Below are positions 48,236 through 57,726 of a stretch of DNA of 64,000 bases, piece after piece (positions within the stretch are counted from its first letter, which is position 1; each line of letters starts with the position of its first letter). Position numbers and translations under genes: made by a program. A model generated the notes under the pieces. It was not told the DNA's origin and made no database searches. It saw only the letters and a list, made by a program, of their open reading frames with translations. The DNA is from Bacilli bacterium (GTDB lineage Bacteria; Bacillota_I; Bacilli_A; RF39; UBA660): positions 11,282-75,281 of the forward strand of contig JAFUTR010000010.1 of NCBI GenBank assembly GCA_017477845.1, in the 5' to 3' direction.

Positions 48236-50294
48236 ACTCTTTCATATTATAGACTTCGTCAAATAGATCATTATTATTAAATCTATGTGAAATCACTATA
48301 ATTGTTTTATCACTAAATCTATTAAATATATTTTTCATTATTTCTCTTTCTTTTTCAATATTTATTTCACTAAATGATTCATCTAATATATAGATGTTGC
48401 TTTCTTTTAAAAATGCTCTTGCTAGTATTATTCTTTGTCTTTGACCACCGCTAATATTTCTCCCATTTTCTTCTAGCATCATATTATAACCATTTTTACT
48501 ATTATTAATAATTTCATCTATTTTCATCATATTACAAATATCTATTATTTTGTTTTTATTTTTAATGGATTTCAAAGTAATATTTTCAAATATTGTACTA
48601 CTAAATATATACTCATTTTGTGAGACATATGTAACTTGCTCTCGTAAAGACCATAGATTAATATCATTAATATCCACATTATCAATAAAAACTTTATTTC
48701 TTTTTATATTTAAATATCCTGATATAATTTTAGCAAGGGTACTTTTCCCACAACCTGATTCGCCATACAATAGTACTTTTTTCCCTTTTTCTATTGTTAA
48801 ATTTAAATTATTAATTATATTTTCATCACTATATTTGTATGATAGATTTTTTATTTCAATATTTCCTTTTATATTTTTTATAGGGTTTATGTCATAATAT
48901 AGTTTTTCTTCTTTTATGTTTAAAAGTTCATTAATTCTTTCAATAGCTATTTTAGATTTTTTATAAGTGATATCGTAATTTATTATATTTTTAAGTGAAT
49001 TTATGTTAAAAAGTATTATGCTATTAAAGCTTATTAGAGTTGAAAGTTTCATCTCATTATTAATTACTAAGCCTCCTCCAATCATTAGAATTATTAATGA
49101 AATTACACTTATTGATACTGTTTCAATCAGTTCTTTGTCTATTATAATATTTGAAAATGAATAACTGCTATTTAAGAATTTATTATAGATAAGAGAAAAA
49201 TTTTCTTTACTTTTTTCTAAAATATTGAGACTTTTTATTGAATCTATTCCGTTAATTAATTCAATAATACTTGAATTTACTATCGCGTTTTTTTCTTTTA
49301 CATCTTTTATTTTATTATATAAATATTTGTTGATGATATAGTTTGACATTACATATATAAATATGATGGTCAGTATAATAATGGTTAGTTTTTTGTTAAG
49401 ACTTAATAATATAACGAATGATGAAAGACATATTACTAAGTCAATACAAATTGTAATAAAGAAATCACATAGAGTGTTTTTAAGTTCATCTAAATCTGTT
49501 ATTCGTGATAAAACTTCTCCAGTAGTTCTATTTTTAAAATAGAGATGAGGAAGTGATAAAATGTGATTTAATGAATCAATAATCAAAGTATAATTCAATT
49601 TGTGGGAAATAAAATTGATAAGTTTGTTTCGGGAAAAGTCAAGTGTGTTTTTCAAAGAATATATAAAGAAAAATAAGAAAATTAAAGTATAGAGGTTATC
49701 ATATGAATTATTTTCTATCGCTCTATCAATAACAAATTGAAAGTTAAGTGAAATTAAAATATTTAGAATTACATATATTCCTGAAAAAACAAATATTGTA
49801 ACTAGTGTTTTTTTATTGTCATAAATAAAACTAGTTACTTTATTTTTTATAACACTTTCTTCTTCCATTACAGGAATTTTAGTGTTAGGGGTAAAAATCA
49901 AATAATTATTTGTTGAAATTAATTTAAATTTATCTATATCAATTTTTAATATGCCTCTTGCAGGATCTGCAATAGTAACATATTTGTTTTGCCTATCAAT
50001 TTTATGAATTACGACAAAATGATTATATTTGTTATCAATTACTACGTGTGCAATGCATGGTAAATATTTATCTTCTATATTGAGAATGTCACCTTTAACC
50101 CCTGTGGAATAAAAACCTAGTTTTTTCCCTGCTTCTACTAAAGAGAGTGCATTAACACCATTCTTAGTTGTATTTGTTATATTTCGTAAGTATTCTTTTG
50201 AAACATAACCGTTGTGACTCTTAATAATAGTAAGAAGTGCGCAAATACCACAATCTTTAGGACCATCTTGCATCACGCATTCAAATCTTTTCAT
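48189..50294 (-). CDS. Peptide-export ABC transporter with an N-terminal C39 (double-glycine) peptidase domain
   Basis: QDGPKDCGICALLTIIKSHNG is the C39 cysteine motif. A six-helix transmembrane domain follows. The nucleotide-binding domain has Walker A GESGCGKST, signature LSGGQRQR and Walker B ILDESFS. Confidence 0.85.
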   Translation of the reverse strand: MKRFECVMQDGPKDCGICALLTIIKSHNGYVSKEYLRNITNTTKNGVNALSLVEAGKKLGFYSTGVKGDILNIEDKYLPCIAHVVIDNKYNHFVVIHKIDRQNKYVTIADPARGILKIDIDKFKLISTNNYLIFTPNTKIPVMEEESVIKNKVTSFIYDNKKTLVTIFVFSGIYVILNILISLNFQFVIDRAIENNSYDNLYTLIFLFFFIYSLKNTLDFSRNKLINFISHKLNYTLIIDSLNHILSLPHLYFKNRTTGEVLSRITDLDELKNTLCDFFITICIDLVICLSSFVILLSLNKKLTIIILTIIFIYVMSNYIINKYLYNKIKDVKEKNAIVNSSIIELINGIDSIKSLNILEKSKENFSLIYNKFLNSSYSFSNIIIDKELIETVSISVISLIILMIGGGLVINNEMKLSTLISFNSIILFNINSLKNIINYDITYKKSKIAIERINELLNIKEEKLYYDINPIKNIKGNIEIKNLSYKYSDENIINNLNLTIEKGKKVLLYGESGCGKSTLAKIISGYLNIKRNKVFIDNVDINDINLWSLREQVTYVSQNEYIFSSTIFENITLKSIKNKNKIIDICNMMKIDEIINNSKNGYNMMLEENGRNISGGQRQRIILARAFLKESNIYILDESFSEINIEKEREIMKNIFNRFSDKTIIVISHRFNNNDLFDEVYNMKEYENRRISRKFQEQRS

Positions 50295-50433
50295 CTCTCA
50301 CCTCCTCACTAAGATTATTATACATTTCTTTCTCTTTCCCTAAAAAAATGGTTAATTTTTTTAATTTTTTTTAAATTATTATCTTAATGACATTTTTTTA
50401 CAAAAAAAATCTAGTTTAAAACTAGATTAAATA

Positions 50434-51747
50434 CTATTTTTTCTCAGTTATATTTCCCTCTTCATCTATTAAAGCATTAATGCTCCAAGAGTTCAAATCT
50501 TTTATAAGTCTTTCTTTTTCATCGTCTTTGATAAAATCTGTAAACATATTTTCTTGAAGTGCTGGAAGCATTTTATAATTCATTGTTCCATCATTATTCA
50601 AAACTATTTGAAATATTGCAGTATACTCTTTTTGACTATTAAAAATAAAATCTCCTAAATTATATATTATTGGTTTTTCTTTATAGAATTCTATTCCTTG
50701 TAATACATGAGCATGATGTCCAATTATAACGTCTGCTCCTGCATCAACATATTTTTTTGCACTTTCGACTTGTTCTTTTTCAAGCTCATGGGATCCTTCT
50801 TTTCCAAAATGCATTATTACTATTACGTAGTCACTATTATCTCTAATACTTTTTATCTGATTAACCATATTAGTTGTATCATAGCATCTAAATACTCCAG
50901 GGCTATCAATAGTGGCATCTTTCGTCATAATATATTTTTCTGCTCTTGTTCCATTTAAAAAAGCTATTTTATATCCGTTTATTATAAAATAATATGCTTC
51001 TTTAGCTTCATCTAAGTTATGTCCTGCTCCAATATGAGGTATTTTATATTCATCGAAAGCATCAAGCATATCCAAAAACGCATCCATTCCAAAGTCATAT
51101 ACATGATTATTAGCAAGTGTAACAAGGTCTATTCCCATCTCAGAATAAATTGAAAGTCTTTCTTTCTTAGCTCTAAAAGTATATTGTTTTCCATTTAAAG
51201 GTGTACCTCTACTACTTACAGTAAACTCTGAATTTGCAACCATCAAGTCACTATCATTCATTGTTTTTACAACTTCTTCTGATAATATTCCATATACTTT
51301 TTTTCCTCTTTCATCATACTTTGGCATAATAAACCAGTTATCAGCAAGAGAAATATCTCCAACAAAACTTAAAGTACTTGGACTATTTGACTCCATAACA
51401 GTAACATTATCCATGGAATCATATTTTTTATTATATAAATCGTTTAGCACTAAAAAAGAGTTTCCTGTAGCTTCATGCCATATTTTTTTATCATACTCAT
51501 TTGTTTCTAATTTATTATTAATACTTTCTAATGCATTCTCATAATTATCATCTATCCATTTTAAAAAGTTTTTATCGATATTTTGATTATTAATTTTTTC
51601 ATATACAAGAGTTACATAATCTATCTCTTCTTTAATAACTTCTTTTTTATTCTCTTTATTAATATGTGGTATTATTATTGCAATTCCTATTAATAAAATG
51701 ATAATTATTATTAATTTTATCCAATTTTTCCATTTCAACTTTTTCAT
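50434..51747 (-). CDS. CapA/PgsA-family metallophosphoesterase-like membrane-anchored protein
   Basis: The C-terminal calcineurin-like motifs are GDISLADN, IMHFGKEG, GADVIIGHHAHVLQG and the N-terminus has a transmembrane anchor. The probable start MKKLKW has an AAGAGG RBS. Confidence 0.6.
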   Translation of the reverse strand: MKKLKWKNWIKLIIIIILLIGIAIIIPHINKENKKEVIKEEIDYVTLVYEKINNQNIDKNFLKWIDDNYENALESINNKLETNEYDKKIWHEATGNSFLVLNDLYNKKYDSMDNVTVMESNSPSTLSFVGDISLADNWFIMPKYDERGKKVYGILSEEVVKTMNDSDLMVANSEFTVSSRGTPLNGKQYTFRAKKERLSIYSEMGIDLVTLANNHVYDFGMDAFLDMLDAFDEYKIPHIGAGHNLDEAKEAYYFIINGYKIAFLNGTRAEKYIMTKDATIDSPGVFRCYDTTNMVNQIKSIRDNSDYVIVIMHFGKEGSHELEKEQVESAKKYVDAGADVIIGHHAHVLQGIEFYKEKPIIYNLGDFIFNSQKEYTAIFQIVLNNDGTMNYKMLPALQENMFTDFIKDDEKERLIKDLNSWSINALIDEEGNITEKK

Positions 51748-52064
51748 TTTTAACCTCTTATATAATAAATTGTATATTAAGTTTATAAAAATAGCAAAGC
51801 AAATGTCTTTATTTTTATTCATTATTTTAAATATTAATAAATTAATAAATAAGCAAACTGTAATAGTTCGTTTAATGTATTGGTATTTTTTGTTTATTAT
51901 TTACTTTATTTTCAATGTATTCCAGGTTATTAAATGATTATTATTTTTTAGTAATTTCATTTTTTTCTATCTTGTTCTAATATTATTTTTAACATTGTTA
52001 TCACCTGTATACAAAATACTGCAAAAACACATAGTAATCAAGTGTATACATACTGAACAATTTA

Positions 52065-52088
52065 AAAAAGAACTATAAAAGTTTGACT
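52065..52088. repeat. Direct repeat copy A (AAAAAAGAACTATAAAAGTTTGAC)
   Basis: It matches 53212..53238 (AAAAAACGAACTATAAAAGTTCGAA). The 14-bp core GAACTATAAAAGTT is identical. Confidence 0.5.
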
Positions 52089-52277
52089 AATTTACATATC
52101 GAGTGATTGATTAAGTTATTTACAACTTTTTATCGCTCAAATTGAAAATCTATCAAAATATCAATTTCTAATATTTTTTTAATATAATATGTTATTATAA
52201 TTAAGTATTATTTTATTTATGGATTTGGATTAACTTAATAGATAAAAATGTGTATAATTAAGCTATGCGAGGTGAAT

Positions 52278-52949
52278 ATCATGAAACGATTAAATATATT
52301 TGTAGATGAAACTGGTGAATTTGGATTTGGTAGTGGTGCTTCAGAGTTGTATGGTGTTTCATTTACTTTTCATGAACAAAATGATGATATTATGACTGAA
52401 CTAAATAAGCTAAACAATCGATTAGAAAGAATTGGATATACGGATATGATTCATATGGCTGACTTAATCATGAAACGCGGAGATTATTCTAGATTTCCTA
52501 TAGATAAAAGAAAAAGTATATTTAATTCAATATATCAATTTTCTAGAAAAATACCTGTAAAATATAAAACTATCATTATAGATAAAAAATATACTGATAA
52601 TGGGAGAATATTAAAACAAAGGTTATCTATAGAAATCAATAATATGGTTAAAGAATATGAAAAATATTTTAGTAATTTTGATAGTATAGTAATGTATTAT
52701 GATAATGGTCAAGAAGTTTTAGGTACTATTTTTGATGCCATATTTTCAAGATATGTCGGCTTTGAACATAGAATTGATTTTGATCATAAAGAAAAAAGAT
52801 TATTTCAAGTTTCGGATATGCTTACTTATATTGATAAATATGATTATAAATATAAAAATAAAATGTCATTTACTAAAAGTGAAAAATATTTCTTTAGTTT
52901 ATATGAAATTAGAAGAATATTAAAAGAACTTAATAAAAAGCGATTCTAA
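52278..52949 (+). CDS. DUF3800-family protein
   Basis: The start MKRLNIFVDETGEFGFGSG has the N-terminal hVDEtG motif typical of DUF3800. The RBS is GAGGTGA. It is a lone plus-strand gene with its own terminator. Confidence 0.55.
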   Translation: MMKRLNIFVDETGEFGFGSGASELYGVSFTFHEQNDDIMTELNKLNNRLERIGYTDMIHMADLIMKRGDYSRFPIDKRKSIFNSIYQFSRKIPVKYKTIIIDKKYTDNGRILKQRLSIEINNMVKEYEKYFSNFDSIVMYYDNGQEVLGTIFDAIFSRYVGFEHRIDFDHKEKRLFQVSDMLTYIDKYDYKYKNKMSFTKSEKYFFSLYEIRRILKELNKKRF

Positions 52950-52954
52950 ACATA

Positions 52955-52985
52955 AAAAAAGCAACCTTTATGGTTGCTTTTTTTA
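52955..52985 (+). terminator. Rho-independent terminator of the DUF3800 gene
   Basis: A GCAACC-tttat-GGTTGC hairpin is followed by T7. Confidence 0.7.
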
Positions 52986-53211
52986 GCGGCGCTTGGCGCC
53001 AACACGGGTTTGATCCGATGAATAAATTCAACAGACCAAGATGTAGATATAACAATATCTACAATATTATTATATCTATTCTACAAGTAAATTATACCAA
53101 ACATATTTTTAAATGTAAATATATAAGATAAAAACTCCTTGTTTGTAGTTAGTTATTTTACACTAAATATATTAAAAATGTCAATATATTAAAATATAAA
53201 ATGTTTTTAAT

Positions 53212-53238
53212 AAAAAAACGAACTATAAAAGTTCGAAT
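53212..53238. repeat. Direct repeat copy B; it also forms the terminator hairpin downstream of tRNA-Cys
   Basis: It contains a CGAACT-ataaa-AGTTCG hairpin with a T-run on the minus strand. It is the partner of 52065..52088. Confidence 0.5.
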
Positions 53239-53248
53239 ATTTTTCATA

Positions 53249-53322
53249 TGGAGGGCCTAGTCGGATTTGAACCAACGATCGGGGAGTTGCAGTCCCATGC
53301 CTTACCACTTGGCTATAGACCC
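53249..53322 (-). tRNA. tRNA-Cys (anticodon GCA) with encoded CCA
   Basis: The minus-strand sequence is GGGTCTATAGCCAAGTGGTAAGGCATGGGACTGCAACTCCCCGATCGTTGGTTCAAATCCGACTAGGCCCTCCA. The acceptor stem is GGGTCTA/TAGGCCC. The T arm is GTTGG-TTCAAAT-CCGAC. The anticodon loop is CTGCAAC. The discriminator U73 is characteristic of tRNA-Cys. Confidence 0.85.
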
Positions 53323-53391
53323 GTCAATATGTATTAATTTTATAACATATTTCATGTTATGTCAATAAATTATATGATAAAAGGAAGAAGA

Positions 53392-55047
53392 TTATTCACT
53401 CTCTTCTTCCTCATTTTCTATAGTTTCAGTATTATCTTTGATGATGTATGTATATGATTTATCTCTTATTACAAAATCTAAATAAATCTTATCAGCTTTT
53501 AATAATCTATCTGTTACTTCAAGATATGAAAAATTGTACATTTGAAAAGGTGTTTTGTCTACTAATGATAATTTATATTCATATTCTTTTCCATTAACTT
53601 CATATCTTATTTTTCCATATTTAGAAATAAACTCTACATTGTTATAATTGCTTCCTAATGTATCAGTATCAAACATAATATCATAATTAACTCTCATAAG
53701 TGTTAAATCTACTGTAGAGTTTCTTGATGCATTTATAACATCTGTATTTTTCTTACAAGCACCAGTATTACAACTAATAATATTGTAATAGAAACTATCA
53801 CCGAATCTTACATCATTTATTTTTATTTGAGAATTTCCAAATAAGCTTCCTTCAAATGATAAATACTCTCCAAGTGATTTTGTGTCCATGTTTTCAACTT
53901 TATTATTGAATGTTTTTGGAGCTATTTTAATAGTTCTATAATTATAATTTGTTTCATTTTTATCACGTGTTATATTATATAAATATCTAAACTCAAAATT
54001 GTTATTATCATAATACTCCAAAGGTACTTCAAAAATAAATACAAAATCTCTAGTTTCATTTTCATATATAATTTGACTATAATAGTTAGTTCCAAACTCT
54101 TTTAATTTATTATTTAATTCAGTTGTAGGTGCTACACTTTCATAATCATTATATTTAAGTCTAATTTTTGAAGTATCTATTGAATAACTACTATTTATTT
54201 TATTAATATATCTTACTTTAGTTATAATATAAAAATTTTTAGTATTTATTTTTTCGCCATTTGATAATGTATTTGTTTTGTAACTATCTAATATTTTGAA
54301 TTTATAACTTGAAAAATCAATTGTGTCACCTATTTTATATATTCTCTGCCTAGATAAAAAGGCTTTTCCTGCTAATAATACTATAATTATAGCAATTACA
54401 GATATAAATGAATTTATTAGAAAGGCATTTTCTTTGTAAAAGTATTTTAATTTTATTGCTCCTTTTTTAGTTTGAGCTTTTATGGCATCCTTATCAATAT
54501 CTACTTGGACTTCATATTCTTCATTATCTTCAGTGTTTATTCCTAAATCTAAAAGGTCCCTTTTGAAATCGAATTTTTTTACGTCAAAACCTATAGCACG
54601 TAGAAAGCATGATATTATAATTGGAATCTGCACTATAGCAAGTACCCAATATACATCTCTTATTATATTTATAATCCTTAAGTCCTGCACATTGTATTCT
54701 AGCCCACTTATAAAACTTGCAGCTAAGAAATATGATATTAGTACTAATACATATACTACTGTTATATATAGATAAAAGAAAAATGGTTTCTTTTTATATC
54801 GTAGCAAATAAATAATTATACCTGCAAGGAATAAAATTACTATAGCTAAAAAAGTCATTAATCCATTTACGTAATCACCTGATAAATCTCTAGCTATATT
54901 TTGATTTTTTAAATAAGAACTAAAGAAATTAATTATATTCCATGATTTAGTAAATAAATAAATTGCTGAACCTAGCAATAAAGCATGTATTATTTTAAAA
55001 TGCTTTACTAAAAATGCATATGGTTTTTTTAGTATCATCACAATCAC
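53392..55047 (-). CDS. Polytopic membrane protein (about 5 N-terminal transmembrane helices) with a large extracytoplasmic C-terminal domain
   Basis: Hydrophobic helices lie in the first ~230 aa, then a 300-aa Asn/Tyr-rich domain containing a CNTGAC pair. No family can be assigned. Confidence 0.4.
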   Translation of the reverse strand: MIVMILKKPYAFLVKHFKIIHALLLGSAIYLFTKSWNIINFFSSYLKNQNIARDLSGDYVNGLMTFLAIVILFLAGIIIYLLRYKKKPFFFYLYITVVYVLVLISYFLAASFISGLEYNVQDLRIINIIRDVYWVLAIVQIPIIISCFLRAIGFDVKKFDFKRDLLDLGINTEDNEEYEVQVDIDKDAIKAQTKKGAIKLKYFYKENAFLINSFISVIAIIIVLLAGKAFLSRQRIYKIGDTIDFSSYKFKILDSYKTNTLSNGEKINTKNFYIITKVRYINKINSSYSIDTSKIRLKYNDYESVAPTTELNNKLKEFGTNYYSQIIYENETRDFVFIFEVPLEYYDNNNFEFRYLYNITRDKNETNYNYRTIKIAPKTFNNKVENMDTKSLGEYLSFEGSLFGNSQIKINDVRFGDSFYYNIISCNTGACKKNTDVINASRNSTVDLTLMRVNYDIMFDTDTLGSNYNNVEFISKYGKIRYEVNGKEYEYKLSLVDKTPFQMYNFSYLEVTDRLLKADKIYLDFVIRDKSYTYIIKDNTETIENEEEESE

Positions 55048-55122
55048 CCTATGATATAAGTATACATTATTTTTGCTTTTATATAAAGATTAAATAAAAA
55101 AAATAGAAAAGATTTTTCTTTT

Positions 55123-56352
55123 CTATTTAAAATATATGTCAAATACATTTTTATAGTTATAATTAAATTCATTGCTCTTAATTATTGGTAGATTTCCATA
55201 TTCATTAAATCTATATATAGTGTCATTTTTCATGTAATATATATTTTTATTTGCAAGTTTTATATCTTTTACATTGTCTTCACTGAATAAATAGATATAT
55301 AATTCTTTAGCTTCTTTATATATTTTGTAAAAATCATTTCCTTTTTTGCAAATTGCATATCTATTTTTGTTTGAGTAAATACTATCGCAATCAAATGATT
55401 CATAACTACTTTCATCAAAAGTAAAAATTATATTTTCTTTATTTAAATCATAGACAGAAATAGCCTCTTCTTTTCCATCTACAATATTTATTCCTTCTTG
55501 ATTTTCATTTCCTACTATTCTTACTATTTCTTTTTCTGGATCAATTTGATATTGTGTAAGATTACTTTTATCAAATATATAAAGAGAGTTATTATATACA
55601 CCATTTATGTATGATTGTTTCGATAATGAAAAATCTAAATCTATATTTCCCATTGATCTAGTTGCAACATTATATTTATAAAATGAAGAAATTGTTGCAC
55701 TTGTAGTATATTTAGGTATTATGTAATAATCATTTACTTTTGCTCCTAAACTATTTTCATATATATCTGAAATAGAGAAAGTAAATGAATCTGTTGAATC
55801 ATTTTTATTAAATAATACTCTTTTATAGTCATAAGTCATTATTACTTCATTTTCTTCAATATAATCTTTATTAATAACTATTTTTGATTCTTTTCGTTGT
55901 TCGCTTTTTTCTTTATATTTATTCTTAACTAAACCAGGAATAGTTTTTAGGTATTCTTCTAGTTTAGAATTATTTTTAATTGAATAATATGTAATAGTTC
56001 TATCTTTTGTTTTACATAAAGGAAGGGATGCTCCTTTTCTATAAACTAAAGCAATGCATGAAATATCATCATCCTTATATGTTAATACATCTTTAACAAT
56101 TTCTTTTTGTTTATTAAATGTATTATCAATATCAAAAATGAATGAATCTTCATTATTTTCTACCTTAATAATGTAGTAATCATCATTACTACTTTTTATG
56201 TAATGTTCTTCTATATTATATTTTTCATCTTTTTCAATTACGTAAGATATGTTATGACTATCTTTTATTAATGTTACTAGAAATTGATAACCCAATGCCA
56301 AAACCATTAAAATAATTGAAAATGAAATTGCTTTTTTTATCATTTGCATCAC
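55123..56352 (-). CDS. Membrane-anchored extracytoplasmic protein of unknown function
   Basis: An N-terminal anchor (ISFSIILMVLALGYQFLV) is followed by a 380-aa soluble domain. The gene is contiguous with holA. Confidence 0.4.
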   Translation of the reverse strand: MMQMIKKAISFSIILMVLALGYQFLVTLIKDSHNISYVIEKDEKYNIEEHYIKSSNDDYYIIKVENNEDSFIFDIDNTFNKQKEIVKDVLTYKDDDISCIALVYRKGASLPLCKTKDRTITYYSIKNNSKLEEYLKTIPGLVKNKYKEKSEQRKESKIVINKDYIEENEVIMTYDYKRVLFNKNDSTDSFTFSISDIYENSLGAKVNDYYIIPKYTTSATISSFYKYNVATRSMGNIDLDFSLSKQSYINGVYNNSLYIFDKSNLTQYQIDPEKEIVRIVGNENQEGINIVDGKEEAISVYDLNKENIIFTFDESSYESFDCDSIYSNKNRYAICKKGNDFYKIYKEAKELYIYLFSEDNVKDIKLANKNIYYMKNDTIYRFNEYGNLPIIKSNEFNYNYKNVFDIYFK

Positions 56353-56357
56353 ACTTT

Positions 56358-57284
56358 CTATAGACTAAGTAAAAACATTTCAAATAAAGCATTACTTCGT
56401 CCATTACCACTTTTTGTTTTATAGTCAATATCTGCAAGAGTATCTAATAAATGTAATAATTTTTTGCTGCTATAATTATTGCAATTATTAAGTGCTATTG
56501 AAACTGCATATGGTTTAATCCCAAGAATTGTTGATATTTCTTGTTGAGTCTTTTTATTCTCATTTAAGATTTTTACACAGTAGAGATTTCTTATTCCACC
56601 AGCTACACTTGCAATTATATTTACCGAATCTTTTTCCTTTCTTGATAATCTTTTATATAATTCAAAAGATTTATCTTTATTTTTTGTAACTATAGCATTT
56701 ACTAAATCAAATATATCTTCATCATAATCTTTCATTACTATTTCATTTATGTCTTCTATTTTTATAGTTTTATCTTTTTCACTATATTTATAACTAATTA
56801 TTTTTTTTAACTCATTTAATATTTTTTCATTGTTATATAAACAGTACTCAGCAAAATACTTCACTGTTTTGTTATCCATAGTGCAATATTCTAAATTATT
56901 TTTTATTAAAACTTCAGAAGATATTTTTGAATCTATTACTTCAACATTATTTTTTATTATTTCTTTTATTTCTTTTTTATCGCTCAAGGAATCATTTATC
57001 ATTATAAGATAATTATCACTCGAATTATTTAAGTATTCTTTTAATTTTGATAATGATTTATCAACATCACTAGATAAAAATGTACAATTATTAAATATTA
57101 TAAGCTTACAATTCGAAAGAAAATTGTAAGTATTTAAATCCTCTAGAACAATATCAATTGTTGAGTTTGGATAATCATATTTAATAATTTCTAAATCTTT
57201 AATTTTTATATCATTTATTATATTTTTAATTTTTGTATCTATTGCAATCTTATCAGATGAAATAATAATATAATTATTTTTCAT
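56358..57284 (-). CDS. holA: DNA polymerase III delta subunit
   Basis: The C-terminus …QQEISTILGIKPYAVSIALNNCNNYSSKKLLHLLDTLADIDYKTKSGNGRSNALFEMFLLSL aligns with the B. subtilis HolA C-terminal domain (…KQIASNLKVHPFRVKLAMDQ…LAVMDYEMKTGKKDKQLLLELFLLQL). It is 308 aa. Confidence 0.7.
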   Translation of the reverse strand: MKNNYIIISSDKIAIDTKIKNIINDIKIKDLEIIKYDYPNSTIDIVLEDLNTYNFLSNCKLIIFNNCTFLSSDVDKSLSKLKEYLNNSSDNYLIMINDSLSDKKEIKEIIKNNVEVIDSKISSEVLIKNNLEYCTMDNKTVKYFAEYCLYNNEKILNELKKIISYKYSEKDKTIKIEDINEIVMKDYDEDIFDLVNAIVTKNKDKSFELYKRLSRKEKDSVNIIASVAGGIRNLYCVKILNENKKTQQEISTILGIKPYAVSIALNNCNNYSSKKLLHLLDTLADIDYKTKSGNGRSNALFEMFLLSL

Positions 57285-57711
57285 TTTTCTTTTGATATTC
57301 CTTTTTTAAATACATCATATTTTCACTAATATTAGTTTCAATATCTGTAAGTGCTTTTTTATCAATATTTGAAAAAATAAGTTCTTCTTTTATAGTATCA
57401 ATTATTACTTTTCCCCAAATAGCTCCACCTCTTATGTTTAAGTCATTATACATATAAGGCATAACAGAATCAAGAGCATAACCAAATATTACTCTTTTTC
57501 TTCCTATTAAAATTCTTTTATTTGTTATTGCAACAATACAAGTTGTGAAAATATCATAGAATCTATTATTTTTTTGTCCTACAAATACATATTTGACAAC
57601 TTCATTTGGATTTAAATGCTTTTCAATTATTTGTGAATTTGCTTTTAGTCTCCAACAAACTGTTTTAGGATATTCTTTTTTAAATTTTTTAGCTGCTTCG
57701 TATACTTTCAC
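57274..57711 (-). CDS. Small protein with a possible bacterial PH-like fold
   Basis: It is 145 aa. The composition and β-rich pattern (VKYVFVGQKNNRFYDIF…AITNKRILIG) are reminiscent of YokE/bPH proteins. This assignment is weak. Confidence 0.3.
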   Translation of the reverse strand: MKVYEAAKKFKKEYPKTVCWRLKANSQIIEKHLNPNEVVKYVFVGQKNNRFYDIFTTCIVAITNKRILIGRKRVIFGYALDSVMPYMYNDLNIRGGAIWGKVIIDTIKEELIFSNIDKKALTDIETNISENMMYLKKEYQKKNEK

Positions 57712-57726
57712 ATTATCACCCTCTAA

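Noticed and set aside
52985-53018. The GC-rich segment AGCGGCGCTTGGCGCCAACACGGGTTTGATCCG as a tRNA or tRNA fragment
   Set aside because: It does not fold into acceptor/T-arm pairing (the T-stem is imperfect, and there is no matching acceptor strand or CCA). It is better described as a GC-rich hairpin (GGCGC-TTG-GCGCC) of unknown role within the DUF3800 islet.
55123-56352. The 409-aa membrane-anchored protein as SpoIIP, given its position after holA as in Bacillus
   Set aside because: This rests only on positional analogy. No SpoIIP or amidase motifs could be recognised in the translation, so it is left as unknown.
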